A DNA stretch of 64,000 bases from Octopus sinensis (GCF_006345805.1 NC_043004.1:103106001-103170000), one strand, 5' to 3'. Shown: positions 13,458 through 26,743, counted from the first letter of the stretch. Notes: generated from the letters alone by a model not told the origin. A program made the numbers and translations.

Positions 13458-13789
13458 AGGAACACGAGAAAATAAACAGAGAGAGAATTAAAAAAGCTTT
13501 AATGGCTAGCGATCGATCATGGCGGCTGCCTAGATGGAAGTGGTCAGACAGGAGAGCTAGGAAGAAGGGGAGATAATAAAGTAGTGGTGACTCTAAAACG
13601 AAGGTGTGCGTGCATGTGTATGTGACAGCGTGTAAGTGTGTGTGTGTGTGTGGATTGGGGCTGGTAACCTTGACGTGTGGGTGTGTGCATGTGTAGGTGT
13701 GTGGATGATGGTGTGGGTATTAACACACACATAAATATATACATGTATGTATGACTGCATGTATGTATAGACCCCTTCGCTTATGAATG

Positions 13790-13910
13790 ACGATTGGATT
13801 GCGCCCAGAAAGGTTCCCCTCTGAAGCACAAGTCCGGGCGAAGTTGTTTTTTGGAAGACCAGCAGTCGCCCATCCATGCCAGTCATCCCTCTCCACGCCA
13901 CCGGTGTTCT
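13790..13910 (-). mobile_element. 3' domain of SINE family C
   Basis: Inverted match to 12430-12540. Confidence 0.65.
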
Positions 13911-14132
13911 CTAAGAGAAAGGTATTTCGAAAGTTTGTATAAAACTGGTTTTTAAACATTGAATGGCTACGGGGTCCACCAGAATAAAATAGTGACCAAA
14001 GCGGTCCATAGGCCAAAAGTGGCTGAGAATCTCTAGTCGAAACCCCTCAAGGCAGTGCTGCAGACCAAGTGACTGAAACAAGTAAAAGATAAATAATAAA
14101 AAGTATATACATTTGTATTCATATATATGTAT

Positions 14133-14268
14133 GTGGTAAGAGGTTTGCTTTCCAACGACATACTTCTGGGTTCAGTCTCACTGCGTGGCACCTTAGGTAA
14201 GTGTCGTCTACTATTGCCTCGGACCGACCAAAGCCTTCTGGGTGGATTTAGTTGACGGGAACTGAAAC
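14133..14268 (+). mobile_element. SINE family A head fragment
   Basis: gggttcagtctcactgcgtggcacc..gacgggaactgaaa. Confidence 0.7.
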
Positions 14269-14269
14269 A

Positions 14270-14314
<45 letters not shown>

Positions 14315-14727
14315 CGCACACACACACACACACAACACACACACTCACACAAATATATACATATGTAAATAAATACGAATGAGAGTTAGAATACCTATAC
14401 TGCTAGAAATAAGAGCTGAAGGACTCTCTTGCTGCTGTCAACGCACAAATTAGTAGCGACCACTTTCCAGTCATTTACGGTCGCTGCCAGCATGTATGCA
14501 TACAATTTATGTGTGTTAGCAGTGGCAACGGAGCCCTTCAGTTCTTATTTCTAGCAACGTATGTGTTCTAACAACCTCAGTCATATTTGATGACAATTAT
14601 TGTTTTCCTTTTTGATGCAAGAGGAAAGAGTGAGAGAAAGTTGTGGCTAAAGAGTCAGCAGAAGTTCGCCATTACATTCTGCCGGTGCAGTGTGGGGCTT
14701 AGGTGTTTCTCTCTTAAATACACACAT

Positions 14728-14802
14728 TGTTTGGTCTGATATTCGAACCGCGATCCTTCGACCGCGAGTCCGGTGCTCTAACCACTAGGCCATGTGCCTC
14801 CA
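14728..14802 (-). mobile_element. Family B-like SINE tRNA head
   Basis: Minus strand ggcacatggcctagtggttagagcaccggactcgcggtcgaaggatcgcggttcgaat. Confidence 0.65.
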
Positions 14803-15207
14803 CATACATACATACATACATACATACATACATACATACATACATACATACATACATACATACGTACCTACATACACACACACACACATATGCGTGTGTG
14901 TGTGTTTGTCCCCACCACCACTTGAAAACTGGTGTTCGTGTGTTAATGTTCCAGTAAGTGATCATTTCGGCAAAAAAGATTGATAGAACAAGAATTCAGC
15001 TTTAAAAAAAAAGAAATGCTGGGGTTGATTCATTTCGGTTAAAGTTCTTTAAGGTGGTGCCCCAGCGTGGGCGCAGTCTAATGACTGAATCAAGAAAAAG
15101 ATAAAGAATATACGTATACACAGACAGACAGATAGACAGATACTATTACGTATGTATGTACGTATCTATGTATATCTATATATATACACACTATACACAC
15201 ACATACA

Positions 15208-15313
<106 letters not shown>

Positions 15314-15437
15314 ACATATATATATATATTATAGATTATATATATATATATAAGCATATATACATACATATATGTACATACTTACATATATTTATATTTA
15401 TTATATTATATATATATTATATATAATAGAGAGAGAG

Positions 15438-15524
<87 letters not shown>

Positions 15525-15555
15525 GCATATGCATATATGGTTACAGGATGTCATA

Positions 15556-16345
15556 AAACGAAAACAACATGAAATACGAAATACGAAAACCTGGAATACG
15601 AATTTGTTTTTTACGAACAACGAAAGAAACAAAAGGAAAACATGACTAGTAACATAAAGAACGACCCTTCATCAGTTGTCGGCTGTTTATCTATTCCACA
15701 TTTCGAGCAATTACGACAAGATGTGTCTTCGTGAAAACAGTTGCTCCCGCAAAGCAAAACAGAATTTGAGATTTGCGGAGGATCAAAGTTGGTAACAAAA
15801 ACAGGATAGAGAAAACAAACAGTAAGTGCTTCTAAGCCACAATGACGTGAGGTGGCGAACGTTGGAGGAACAAACTTTCATAGGAGAAAAGATAGGGGAG
15901 GGGACAGACAAGAATGAGTGTAATCTGTGTGACAGATCAAAAGGAAAGAAAGAAGCTCAAGTTAGGAAAAGAAAGATAGCTGATGGTCACGTGTGAGCAA
16001 CGAGAGAGTAAAGGAGGAAGAGTGAGAAAGAGAGAAGGACAGATAGAGAATGGTGAAGGGGAGAGGAAAAGAATTAGAGAAAGGATTAGAAAGAAAAAGC
16101 AAAATGTGGAGAAAGGGAGATAACAAGATAAAAAGAATTAAAGAAAGGAAGAGAGAGGAAATGAAAGAGGGGAGAGAGAACAGTACAGAGAGTCGCAACT
16201 TACTTGGAAATGGTTGCGTGGCCTTCAATCATATAATAATATAAATAATATGAGTATAGGACGTGATAAAACGTAAACACCATGAAATACGAAAATATGG
16301 AATACGAACTTTTTTGTGAACAACGAAAGAAACAAATGGAAAACA
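15556..16345. repeat. ~790 bp segment bounded by ~85-bp direct repeats
   Basis: taaaacg..catgaaatacgaa..gaacaacgaaagaaacaaa.ggaaaac at 15556-15641 and 16268-16345. Confidence 0.6.
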
Positions 16346-17171
16346 ACAAACTCACACACACACTCACACACACACAGATACACACAGACACACAGACACA
16401 AACACACACACACACACACACATATATAGTAAAGTTTATTTGCCAACATAACGTGGTAGTCCTGCATAGGATTATGTTACTACTTTTTAACTCCGGGAAA
16501 ACATCTTTTATCGATACATGACTGTTTCCGTGACATACTGTAAGTAAGGGGGCTTACTACTTCCTTCTATATAAGGTTCCTTCTATATTAGGGTCTCCCA
16601 ATGTCTGGAGAAAGACTGCGTAGTGCATGTAAGTGGGGCTACACAGAAGCAAGTGAAGAAATCTAGGTATCTCGAGAGAATGGATGTAGGAGGTTGAACT
16701 AGATTGCAGAATTGGTGGAATAGATGCAATACTGCGCCAGCGTCAGCCGTAGGCCATCAGAAAAGGAAATGCAAAATATAGAGAAGCAAAACTTGCTATG
16801 ATAGGTTCGGTTTTCGTGTTTACCTTTATCTATAGTCATGCATCTTCAGTAGAGAAGGGAAGACGTAAGATCGTAAATGCTAGCGATTGGAAGGGTAGCT
16901 GGAGAGACTCTTTAGTTTGGAGTGCGAAGCTTGAAGATGAGAGAGTCGCTGAGGGCCTTCCACTCCATTTCCGACAACCAAATTTGATGTGTGTGTGTGT
17001 GTGTATGTGTATTTATGTGTATGCGCGTGTGCATGCATATGGTGCGTGTTGTGTGCGTGTATGTATATGAATGTGCGTGTATGCGTATATATATAAATAT
17101 ATATATATATATGCGGTGTGTGTGTGTGTGTGTGTGTGTGTTTGTGTGTGTGCGTGCATGTATCTGAACGT

Positions 17172-17497
17172 GGAGAAGGTGCGTGGCTTGATGGCTAGGG
17201 GTATCCGGTTCACAATCATAAGGTCGCAGTTTGATTCCCGGCGGCGAGTTTTATCCTTGAGCAAGACACTTTATTTCCCACTCCTCCATTCAACTCAGCC
17301 GTGCAAAAGTGAGTTGTACCTGTTGCCCAAAAGGCCAGCCTTGTTACACTCCTTGTCACGCTGAATCTCCCTGAGAACTACGTTAAACGTAGTCGTGTCT
17401 GTGAAGTGCTCACCTTATTACAAGTTAATTTCATGTGCAGACTGTTCGGTTGATCGTATCAGCTGGAATAGACGTCTTCATAACCGACGGAAAGCCG
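17172..17497 (+). mobile_element. Chimeric SINE: family C head/core plus family B tail
   Basis: 17250-17323 matches 12310-12380; 17327-17497 matches 9580-9748. Confidence 0.75.
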
Positions 17498-17611
17498 AAC
17501 CTTATAGATAAGTATATGCGTACACGCACACACACACATACACACGCACACACACACACACACACACACACCACACACACACACACACACACAATAGGCT
17601 GCTTCTCTATT

Positions 17612-17848
17612 TCTTATTTCTTTATTGCCCTCAAGGGGCTAAGCATAGAGGGGACAAACAAGGACAGACAAACGGATTAAGTCGATTATATCGACCCCAG
17701 TGCGTAACTGGTACTCATTTAATCAACCCCGAAAAGATGAAAGGCAAAGTTGACCTCGGCGGAATTTGAACTCAGAACGTAGCAGCAGACGAAATGCCGC
17801 TAACCATTTCGCCCGGCATGCTAACGTTTCTGCCAGCTCACCGCCTTT
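17612..17848 (-). mobile_element. SINE family D
   Basis: Inverted match to 50787-51020. Confidence 0.8.
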
Positions 17849-19404
17849 ATTCTTCTATTTCTGTCTACTAAATTCCTCAGTCCGAGATTACAGTAGAACG
17901 GCATTTACTCTTACTTTATCGGTTTCATGTGAACAGTATTGGTGTCTGAATGTGTACTGATTGACACCATGAAGATGACATCATATGTCACTACCGCACT
18001 GTATCATTGCATACGATTGCATGCAATGAGACAACCGATACCAGTAGAAACAAGGTAGGAGGTGGAGAAACCCGATCGAACTGAGTGTGTGGTGATTCTC
18101 ATTATCAGAATACTGTATAATGTAGTGCATCACTGCATAAAAACGAACACGAATCTAAGATGAACACCAGTAATTGCTATCGATCGTTTCCAAAGCTTTT
18201 GATCGATTTACCCAATTAGATCTCTCACTGCAGCCTGATTCATATCGTACCTTCATATAATGTCAACGTCTTCGAGTAGAACATAACTGTTTTTTGAGAC
18301 TCTAATATTGCTGTCCGATACAAACATCAACCTGTTTGCAAGCAAGAAATGGTAGTGTACGGAAATTGTGTGCTGGGTGCTAACTGCTTGTGCTGAGGCT
18401 GAAGCTGAGCTGCTGACTGCTGAGAGCTGACCGTTATTTCTAGCGTCGGGGGTCAACAGTTGAATGTAGAAGAAAACGACGGAGTCTGTTGAGATTTTTT
18501 TTACATCAAACTTATTATTTTCGTACAGAAGCAAAAGACCCTGTTGTTATGAATGACAAATATTGGACAGAGTTTGGATGTTATTGTTCCTGGTGTAACT
18601 GTAAGAGTATTCAAAAAGTTTCTTCTAGTCGTTGTGTTTCTGTAGCGGATCGTTCATTATGTTGAAGTTACATCGGTTCTGCCGCTGTCCGTGTCTGTTC
18701 GCCATCCATCTGCCATGTCATCTCTTACTCTCTCTGCTACATCCCAAAGCTCTCTATGGTAGTTGTGTGTGCATCGATTTTATGCTGATTGGAGGGCTCA
18801 GAAAAGAGTGCGACAAAAATTGGAAATTATCGCTGAAGCCTATTCCACGTGAAGTCGCGATTGGTCAGATTTTGTTGATCACGTAACGTTCCAGCGAATC
18901 GCGACACCGGATGATTGCTGAATATTCCACTACAGCAGCCAAACTTTCCTCACGCCACACCATACCACCTTAAAACTGGAAGGATACGCCGAAAGATGTA
19001 GTTTTGGATGTAATACCTGGAAATTGATGGCATGGAATGCTTTCATCGCAGATATACTTGAAGAGAGCTGACTCAGAGTTAAACATCAACTTACTTGCTG
19101 TTTATTCCAGGAATGTTTCGAAAGCTTTGTATTTGTTAAAATGACACATCTCAAGTTATCAGAACCATCTTGGTTGCATCCCTTCGTAGAAATACGATCG
19201 ATCTTTGACTTACGGAACTGAAATTACTGTCGGTCATCTGCTGCTCATTGCATTACTAGAAGAGTGGCGAACAAATACAGTGTATAGTAACAGAGCCCCC
19301 CCCCCCGGCAACATTTTTCAGGATAGGAATCTGTAAAACGCATTTTGCTTCATGTCTCGTTTTGGGAGTAACCTCAAACCACTGGATATTTTTACATATA
19401 CATA

Positions 19405-19572
19405 TATACGACGGGCTTTTTTCAGTTTCCGTCTACCAAATCCACTCACAAGGCTTTGGTCGGCCCGAGGTTATAGTAGAAGACACTTGCTCAAGGTGCC
19501 ACGCAGTGGGACTGAACCCGGAAGCATGTGGTTGGTGAGCAAGCTATTTACCACACAGCTACTCCTGCGCCT
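19405..19572 (-). mobile_element. SINE family A head
   Basis: acgacgggc..cacagctactcctgcgcct. Confidence 0.85.
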
Positions 19573-19574
19573 AT

Positions 19575-21345
19575 GCTACAGAAAATATGTCTTCGAGAAA
19601 GAATATAAAGATTGGGATGATGAGATGAAAACCCGCTTAATCTTCAGAAAACTAGCACCAACAGAACATGAACGATACGGTAATTTTGTACTCCCAAGAA
19701 AACCGTCTGACGAAAACTTTAATGGAACAATGGATATATTGTGTAAGATTTTCAGCGAAAAAAGCTTCTTGTTCAACTCACGGTGGAAGTGTCTGAGCAT
19801 AGAGAAAAATAGTAACGAAGACTACATCACATATGCTGGTAGAGTAACCAGAGAATGTGAGACAGTTAAGCTGGATAAATTAACCTAGATATGTTCAAAT
19901 GCCTGATTTTTACACAGGGACTTACTGCAGGAAAAGGACGCAGAAGTCAGAACTAGAATTCTTGCAAAGCTGAAACAAAACCAAGATGTAACCCTGTAAA
20001 AATTGTCTGAAGAATGTGAAAGGATACTTAAATTAAGAGACGACACAGAGGAAATTGAACGCAAAGATTATTTCCAAGTAAAACCAGTGCAGAATAGTCT
20101 GAATAGAGATATAGAGTTTTCTAAAAAACACGACAAACATCAGGATATAAAGCCATGTTTTGCAAGTGATGGTATGCGACTGAGGAAAAACTGTCCATTT
20201 AAAAACGCGGCGTTTCGTTGTGGAAATATAGGATATATAAAGTCTTACGGATCTTTTCGGTTTGAACGGCAGTTTTTTCTAGCGGTATCATATGAAATTG
20301 TCACCCATAATTATGACCCTAGAATCGATCTATTGCATTTGAATTTCTTTTAGGGTTAGGGTTAGTTAGGGTTAGGGGTAGGGGAAGGGTATCTTTTTTC
20401 TTTACTAATGTAAATAAACCCAATCTGTTTCTTAAGCGAGGGACATATTCATACGGCACAGAATGCTTTTTAATTCAATGGGCGTCATCGATTGGTTGAA
20501 ATTGCAGAAATTGAAGAAAAAAACCCCAAATATCTTACAAACTATAGAATTTTCTCAATAAAGCCAAGAGAAAAAGATGTTTTATAAACACATTCTACCA
20601 GTATACGAAGCTTAAAATTTTTTAGTTACCTAGAAATTATGTTAAAAACTGCCGTTCAAACCGAAAAGATCCAGTCTTACTGTAGAACGAAGATGATAGA
20701 ACGTCAGAAAAAAGGTAAATGAATAAATAGTATGTCATTGGAAGAAATTGGAATTATAACAATGAAAAAATTCGTGAAGGTGAAAATCAGAAATACAACT
20801 GTTAAAATGCAGATGGACACGGGTAGTGACATTACTATTATAAACGAAAAAACGTAGAAATATGTCGGAAAACCGAATTTAATTAAATCTAAAAAAGTAG
20901 TGCATCGTGTTACAGGAAAAAATTTTTTTTTCGGTGAATTTCAATGTAATGTAACTTTTCGAGGTCAAACGAAAAAGGTTAAGATTTGTTGAAAGATGTG
21001 TTGCAAGATTCACTTAACTTGTTCGGCACAGAATGGCTGGCGCTATCTAAATTGTAGGAGACACCTATAAATGTTCTGTGTGGAAATGTAGTTAGTTCAG
21101 TCAGATGTTCAAATGAAGTTGAAGGATTGAGGCAAAAAGCAAAAAAGATTATTTCTATATGTTTTTTGGAAGAACTGAGTTGCAGTACAAAAAAAAAGCT
21201 GAGATCGCAGTAAAGCAAGGTACAACACCGGTCTTTAGGCCCATACGGAATGTGCCCTTTGCGGCAATAGACCAGGTTAACAAAGAACTGGAAAGACTGG
21301 GAATTCCTAGTATAATTGAAAGGAATGACTGGTTAACACCAACGA
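19575..21345 (+). mobile_element. Ty3/Gypsy relic, 5' half (gag, zinc knuckle, protease, start of RT)
   Basis: gag-like RKLAPTEHERYGNFVLP..FKCLIF; knuckle FRCGNIGYIKSYC restored when the MITE is removed; protease MQMDTGSD at ~20809-20830; PVFRPIRNVPFAA..DWLTP. Confidence 0.85.
20249..20672. mobile_element. 424-bp MITE, 29-bp perfect TIRs, 8-bp TSD, internal TTAGGG tract
   Basis: TIR ggatcttttcggtttgaacggcagttttt; TSD agtcttac at 20241-20248 and 20673-20680. Confidence 0.93.
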
Positions 21346-22430
21346 GATGGGAGTACCATTATTACTAATTCCCTCCATCTTTTTTCAACAAAGTTTTCTT
21401 AGAAGTGTCGTTTTATTTAGCAATAATATTTTTATTTGCCCCACCGCTCTTTTTTAAGTTTTTTCTTTTTCTCAACAATCTAATATTTTTATCTCATGGC
21501 ATTTATTTTCAGGAACACTGTATTCTTTTCCTTTCATTTGTACGCCGGGGTTCAATCACCTGCAGTAGCGTTGGTACTTGGAACGTATCGTACAACCATT
21601 CTATGGGTTCCTCCAACTTCTTTGGTTCGCTTTCCAGGAATGGCTTTTTCAGTTGGTTCCTGTGTCTCTTTTGTATGCCTTTTCTACTTTTTACCCAATA
21701 CATCATTTTACCTGTGTATTTGGTAATTTCGCCCTCTTCCCAGTTCTGCTTTCCATTTTTGTATGTCCTCATATACACATTATCACCAACTTTAAAAAAT
21801 CTTGCTATGTCTTCCCTGGCACTTTTTCTTTTCTGACTTTACCTTCCTTGCAGACATCAGCTCCGCTGGTGAGCTACCTGATGGTGTATTTCGATTTGGT
21901 GTTACACGGTACACTTTTTAAAATTGTTGAAGAGCTACCTCATCCGTGCCTCCCTTATTTGCTTTTCTTAAAGCTCTTTTGAAGGTATCAACAAAGCTTT
22001 CTGCCTGTCCATTAGATCTGGGATGGTATAGTGTCGTAGTTATATGGTCTACCGTGAACATTTAAATTTTTGTTTTAAATTCGCTAGACAAATTGCGTTC
22101 CATTATCATCAATTACTTGTCCTAAGTATTTGACTTTTTTCAGCAAGAATTCACACTTTACATCCAAACCAAAGAGAAGCCGCTTACATTTACTATAAGC
22201 CATAGCGTCGGTTAAATTTTAACAAATGTGAGCATGCGCGACTAAAAAATTCAATAATATTTTGGACTGTCCCACATTCACTGAAAGGCAATTCGATATT
22301 ATGACCTTATCTAATTTAAGTTACTTTGTTTAGGCTAAATCCAACGTGGAGTCGATAAAAACATTTCCAGCTACTCTACGTGCTTCGGCTTTTTGACAAT
22401 TTTCTTTTACTGATTCTGTTTATATAATTT
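21345..22430 (-). mobile_element. Ty3/Gypsy relic, 3' half, inverted
   Basis: Minus strand KCEFLLKKVKYLGQVID fused to DNGTQF; YHPRSNGQAESFVDTFKRAL; W.EG.I..KRHRNQL; polypurine tract at 21369-21386. Confidence 0.85.
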
Positions 22431-22454
22431 GGCATATCTTTTATCCTATCTTTT

Positions 22455-22683
22455 TTACTTGTTACAGTCCTTAGTCTGTGCCCATGCTGGGGCAACACCT
22501 TGAAGAAATTGTAGTCTAATGAATCTACTCCAATATATTTTTTTAAAGCCTAATGCTTATTTTATCGGCCGCTTTTGCCGAACCGCTAAGTTATGGGGAC
22601 GTTAACACCCATAACTTAGCGGTTCGGTAGTCAAGCGGTGGAGGGAGAGAAACACACACACACGCACACACGCACACACACAT

Positions 22684-22723
<40 letters not shown>

Positions 22724-22870
22724 GACGGGCTTCTTTTAGTTTTCGTGTATCAGATCTACTCGCGAGGTTTTGGTTGAAGACACATGCCCAAGATGCCACG
22801 CAGTGGGACTGAACCCGGAACCATGTGGTTGAGGAGCAATGGTCCTTACCACACAACTTCGCCTGCGCCT
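22455..22870 (-). mobile_element. SINE family A, diverged
   Basis: Head, (CA)n and tail in reverse orientation. Confidence 0.78.
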
Positions 22871-23297
22871 ATAAGAAACACGGCATCAATCGCTCGCTCC
22901 AGCGTCATCCATTTTCAGCAGATAAGTTGTTTCGCGCTCCTGAGCGGATTTCGACTCCAGTGGCCATTGTCCTGCTTTTATATCGACTGACACCCTTTCG
23001 GGGATCTAATGGGTGAAGCAAAACAAACGTTAGCCGGACGTTCGTGAAATATTAGGTAAAATATTTATTAAACTTCATTTCACCAAATACATACGAGGAA
23101 ATTCTTTGGAAACATCTACAGAAACTGTGAATGTCTTTCATCAACTATTCCTGTACAATGGATGCCTGTCATCAAAAAACTATCTTTTCTTCTTTTTTTT
23201 TTGTTACCTTCAGCTTTGCTAGTAAACCATTTCCCACTCCATTAATATGAAGAAAAGCAATGCTAGCCAACAGTTAAAATTGTCAATACTTGGATTG

Positions 23298-23648
23298 GAA
23301 GCACTCCGTCGGTTACGACGACGAGGGTTCCGGTTGATCCGAATCAACGGAACAGCCTGCTCGTGAAATTAACGTGTAAGTGGTTGAGAACTCCACAGAC
23401 ACGTGTACCCTTAACGTAGTTCTCGGGGATATTCAGCGTGACACAGAGAGTGACATGGCCGGCTCTTTGAAATACAGGTACAACAGAAACAGGAAGTAAG
23501 AGTAAGTTGTGGTGAAAGAGTACAGCAGGGATCACCGCCGGAGCCGCGTGGAGCTTTAGGTGTTTTCGCTCAATAAACACTCACAACGCCCGGTCTGGGA
23601 ATCGAAACCGCGAGTCCGCTGCCCTAACCACTGGGCCATTGCGCCTCC
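23298..23648 (-). mobile_element. SINE family B
   Basis: Near-identical reverse complement of 9374-9753. Confidence 0.9.
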
Positions 23649-23859
23649 ACTGACAATACTAGTGAGCTGGAAACGACCAGTTATAAATGTTATACCTCGT
23701 TGAGAACAATGCCCAGAGATTTTGTCTACCAATATTTTATTCTTTATAATTTGATTACTCCTACCAAAACTAAACTTTCAAATGCTAATCATTAATTAGA
23801 CGATCTACTAAATCAAATAATTAAATATGCATACATTATTTATATAATAATTCTTTCTA

Positions 23860-24100
23860 CTGTAGGTACAAGACCCTAATTTTTGTGGGGAGGTGCTAAT
23901 CGCTTACATCAGTCTCCGTGCTCGACTGGTACTTATTTTACCGATCCCGAAATAATGAAAGTCATCTTGATATTTATTTTATCAACCCCAAATGGGTAAG
24001 AGTCATCCTTGGTAGTATTCGAACTCAGAATCTAATGAAATGCTGGAAGTACTTAGCCTGGCGCAGTAACGATTTTGCCAGCGTGCCGCCTTTTGATTAT
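23860..24100 (-). mobile_element. SINE family D, diverged
   Basis: tggtacttattttaccgatccc..gaactcagaa..ttttgccagc..ccgcc. Confidence 0.65.
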
Positions 24101-24125
24101 AATTTTATATTTATATTTATAATCT

Positions 24126-24410
24126 GTGGAGGCGCAATGGCCCAGCGGTTTCGATTCCCAGACCAGGCGTTGTAAGTGTTTATTGAGCGAAAACACCTAA
24201 AGCTCCACGAGGCTCCGGCAGAGGGTGGTGGTGATCCCTGCTGTACTCTTTCGCCACAACTTTCTCTCACTCTTTCTTCTGTTGGCCTGCTCGCTTAGCC
24301 AGTGGGGTGGCGTCATTTGAAGGCTAAAACAATGTGAAGCGCATTGTGACCAGCGATATGTAGCAACATCTGATAGCCTGGTCGATCACGGTGATCACGG
24401 TGATTATAAT
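24126..24410 (+). mobile_element. SINE family B head with a different 3' tail
   Basis: Matches 9374-9550 with a ~35-bp head deletion at ggtt microhomology, then unrelated sequence. Confidence 0.72.
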
Positions 24411-24969
24411 CTAATATTTATATTATGATAATCTTTTCTACTCTCGGCACAATGCCCGATTTTATATTATGATAATAAAAGCCCGATGCGGTCTTTTCGC
24501 CCCTTTAAATTATTTAAGCTTACTCTCTATAAAAATTAATTTGTAGTAAAAGAGAGTCCATTTTCCGTCAAATCATTCATTCTTGCACTGTATTCTGCTG
24601 CTGGTTGCATAGATTTAATGCAGTAATTTTTCAGTCATTCAATGTCAAATAACTTGAGGTGACAATTGATGTATCCTAGTGTCGGCTTCCTACCAGCTGT
24701 AAATCAACAAATATGAAGGACACTTTTGAGCTGTTCTGCAACAATGGGAAATAAACTACTGTAAAGCTGTATACGAAACAGCTTCGATTTACAGTTGAAA
24801 TATTTTTTCTTTAAGTTCCTAATCGTACTTTTCTTTTTGGTGGAAACAGTTGATACTTTTCATTTGCTTTGTAGTTTTTCCAATACTCAGAATGAAACAC
24901 GAGCGAAACCTAAGCCCCAGTTTTCAGCAATAAACCGGCAGCGGTGTGAATTTCTTAATTTTCCCCTTT

Positions 24970-25180
24970 ACTCTTTTACTCTTTTACTTGTTTCAGTCAT
25001 TTGACTGCGGCCATGCTGGAGCACCGCCTTTAATCGAGCAACTCGACCCCGAGACTTATTCTTTTGTAAGCCCAGTACTTATTCTATCGGTCTCTTTTGC
25101 CGAACCGCTAAGTAACGGGGACATAAACACACCAGCATCGGTTGTCAAGCAATGCTAGGGGGACAAACACAGACACACAA

Positions 25181-25229
<49 letters not shown>

Positions 25230-25393
25230 CGACGGGCTTCTTTCAGTTTCCGTCTACCAAATCCACTCACAAGGCTTTGGTCGGCCTGAGGCTATAGTAG
25301 AAGACACTTGCCCAAGGTGCCACGCAGTGGGACTGAACCCGGAACCATGTGGTTGGTAAACAAGCTACTTACCACACAGCCACTCCTGCGCCT
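24970..25393 (-). mobile_element. SINE family A, full length, little diverged
   Basis: Complete head-microsatellite-tail with (tactcttt)n end. Confidence 0.92.
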
Positions 25394-26060
25394 TGTTTAA
25401 AAAATAAAGAAAGAAAGAAAGAAAGAAGGAAAGAAAGAAAATATATCGAAGAACCACCATTCAGGATTCTTCATCTGTATGGTGATTCTAACGAAACATA
25501 TAACAACTAAACAGCTCATAAAAAGCTGCATGCTTGAGGTAACCGATTTCCTCAATATGAGGTGTCAATGACAAGTTATCTTCCCATGTGTTCAATCTTT
25601 ACCAGGTGACTGTTGTCCATCTTCATCCATGCCATTTCTCTTATCGGTCATTGAGTTTAAAAAAAACCCTGCTGATAACATTCACTTAAAGATCTGGTGC
25701 CGATAGCAAGATGAAGGACTATACAATGCGCAGCATGCCATCAGCGACCACATTACGTGATGATGCGTTCAGTATGCAGTGCGGTGCAAAAGTACAGCAA
25801 TGACTGATAAGATTTAGGCATCATTTCAAATCAACAAATAACGCGCTTGATGACCTTAGTGATTAAGATTTCATAACACGCATTTACGATCTAATCCACC
25901 ATACTGAAATATATACGTTATACATGCAATCATACATACCTAGAGTATGTATATTTTAACCTTTACCTTTATATTTGTTTCAGTCATTGAACTGCGGTCA
26001 TGCTATGATTTTTCTTAAAGCAGGTACTTATCGTATCAATCGCTTTTGTCGAACCACACA

Positions 26061-26099
<39 letters not shown>

Positions 26100-26323
26100 A
26101 AGTAGATAAATGAATTATCTTATTAAGGATAATTCAAAAGATAACCGATACCTGGGTAGCAAAATTCACAACAGAAAGGGCACGGTTGAAGTTACGACCA
26201 TGGGGCATAAAATCCGTGCCTTAGTGCGGAAATTTGAAGTTTTATATATTACGTATAGGAAAGAATGGAGCTGAACGAAGATTTAACTAAATCTTCGTTC
26301 AGCTCCATTCTTTCCTATACTTA

Positions 26324-26397
<74 letters not shown>

Positions 26398-26438
26398 CAT
26401 ACATACATACATACATACATGTATACACACACACACAT

Positions 26439-26497
<59 letters not shown>

Positions 26498-26700
26498 CAC
26501 CATTTGTTACATATATATTATATCATACCTTGATACTGTGCAGACTAAGTTCCCCGTTGACAGGCCGCTGGTATTTATAGAGTGTTAAACACTGTCGGTG
26601 TGCAAATTAAGAACTCTTTCATAGAGTAACTGCTGCATTTGTTGAGTATATAAACAGATTGGCTGCTTGTTTCTCCGGAGACTGTCAGAATGATGTAGAC

Positions 26701-26743
26701 GTCTCTGATGAGAACCCAATAAGGTTTGAAAATCGATTAAGGT
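26701..26743 (+). ncRNA. Minimal type I hammerhead ribozyme motif with intact core
   Basis: gtct-CTGATGA-gaacc caataa ggttt-GAAA-atcgat-ta-aggt: CUGAUGA and GAAA intact, palindromic AATCGATT stem III, short stem I. Confidence 0.65.

Noticed and set aside
18528-18600. Candidate 72-nt plus-strand exon (AKDPVVMNDKYWTEFGCYCSWCN)
   Set aside because: Plausible splice sites but isolated, with no partner exon or recognisable homology.
20350-20390. True telomere or chromosome fusion scar
   Set aside because: Only a few imperfect units, enclosed within a TIR/TSD-bounded MITE.
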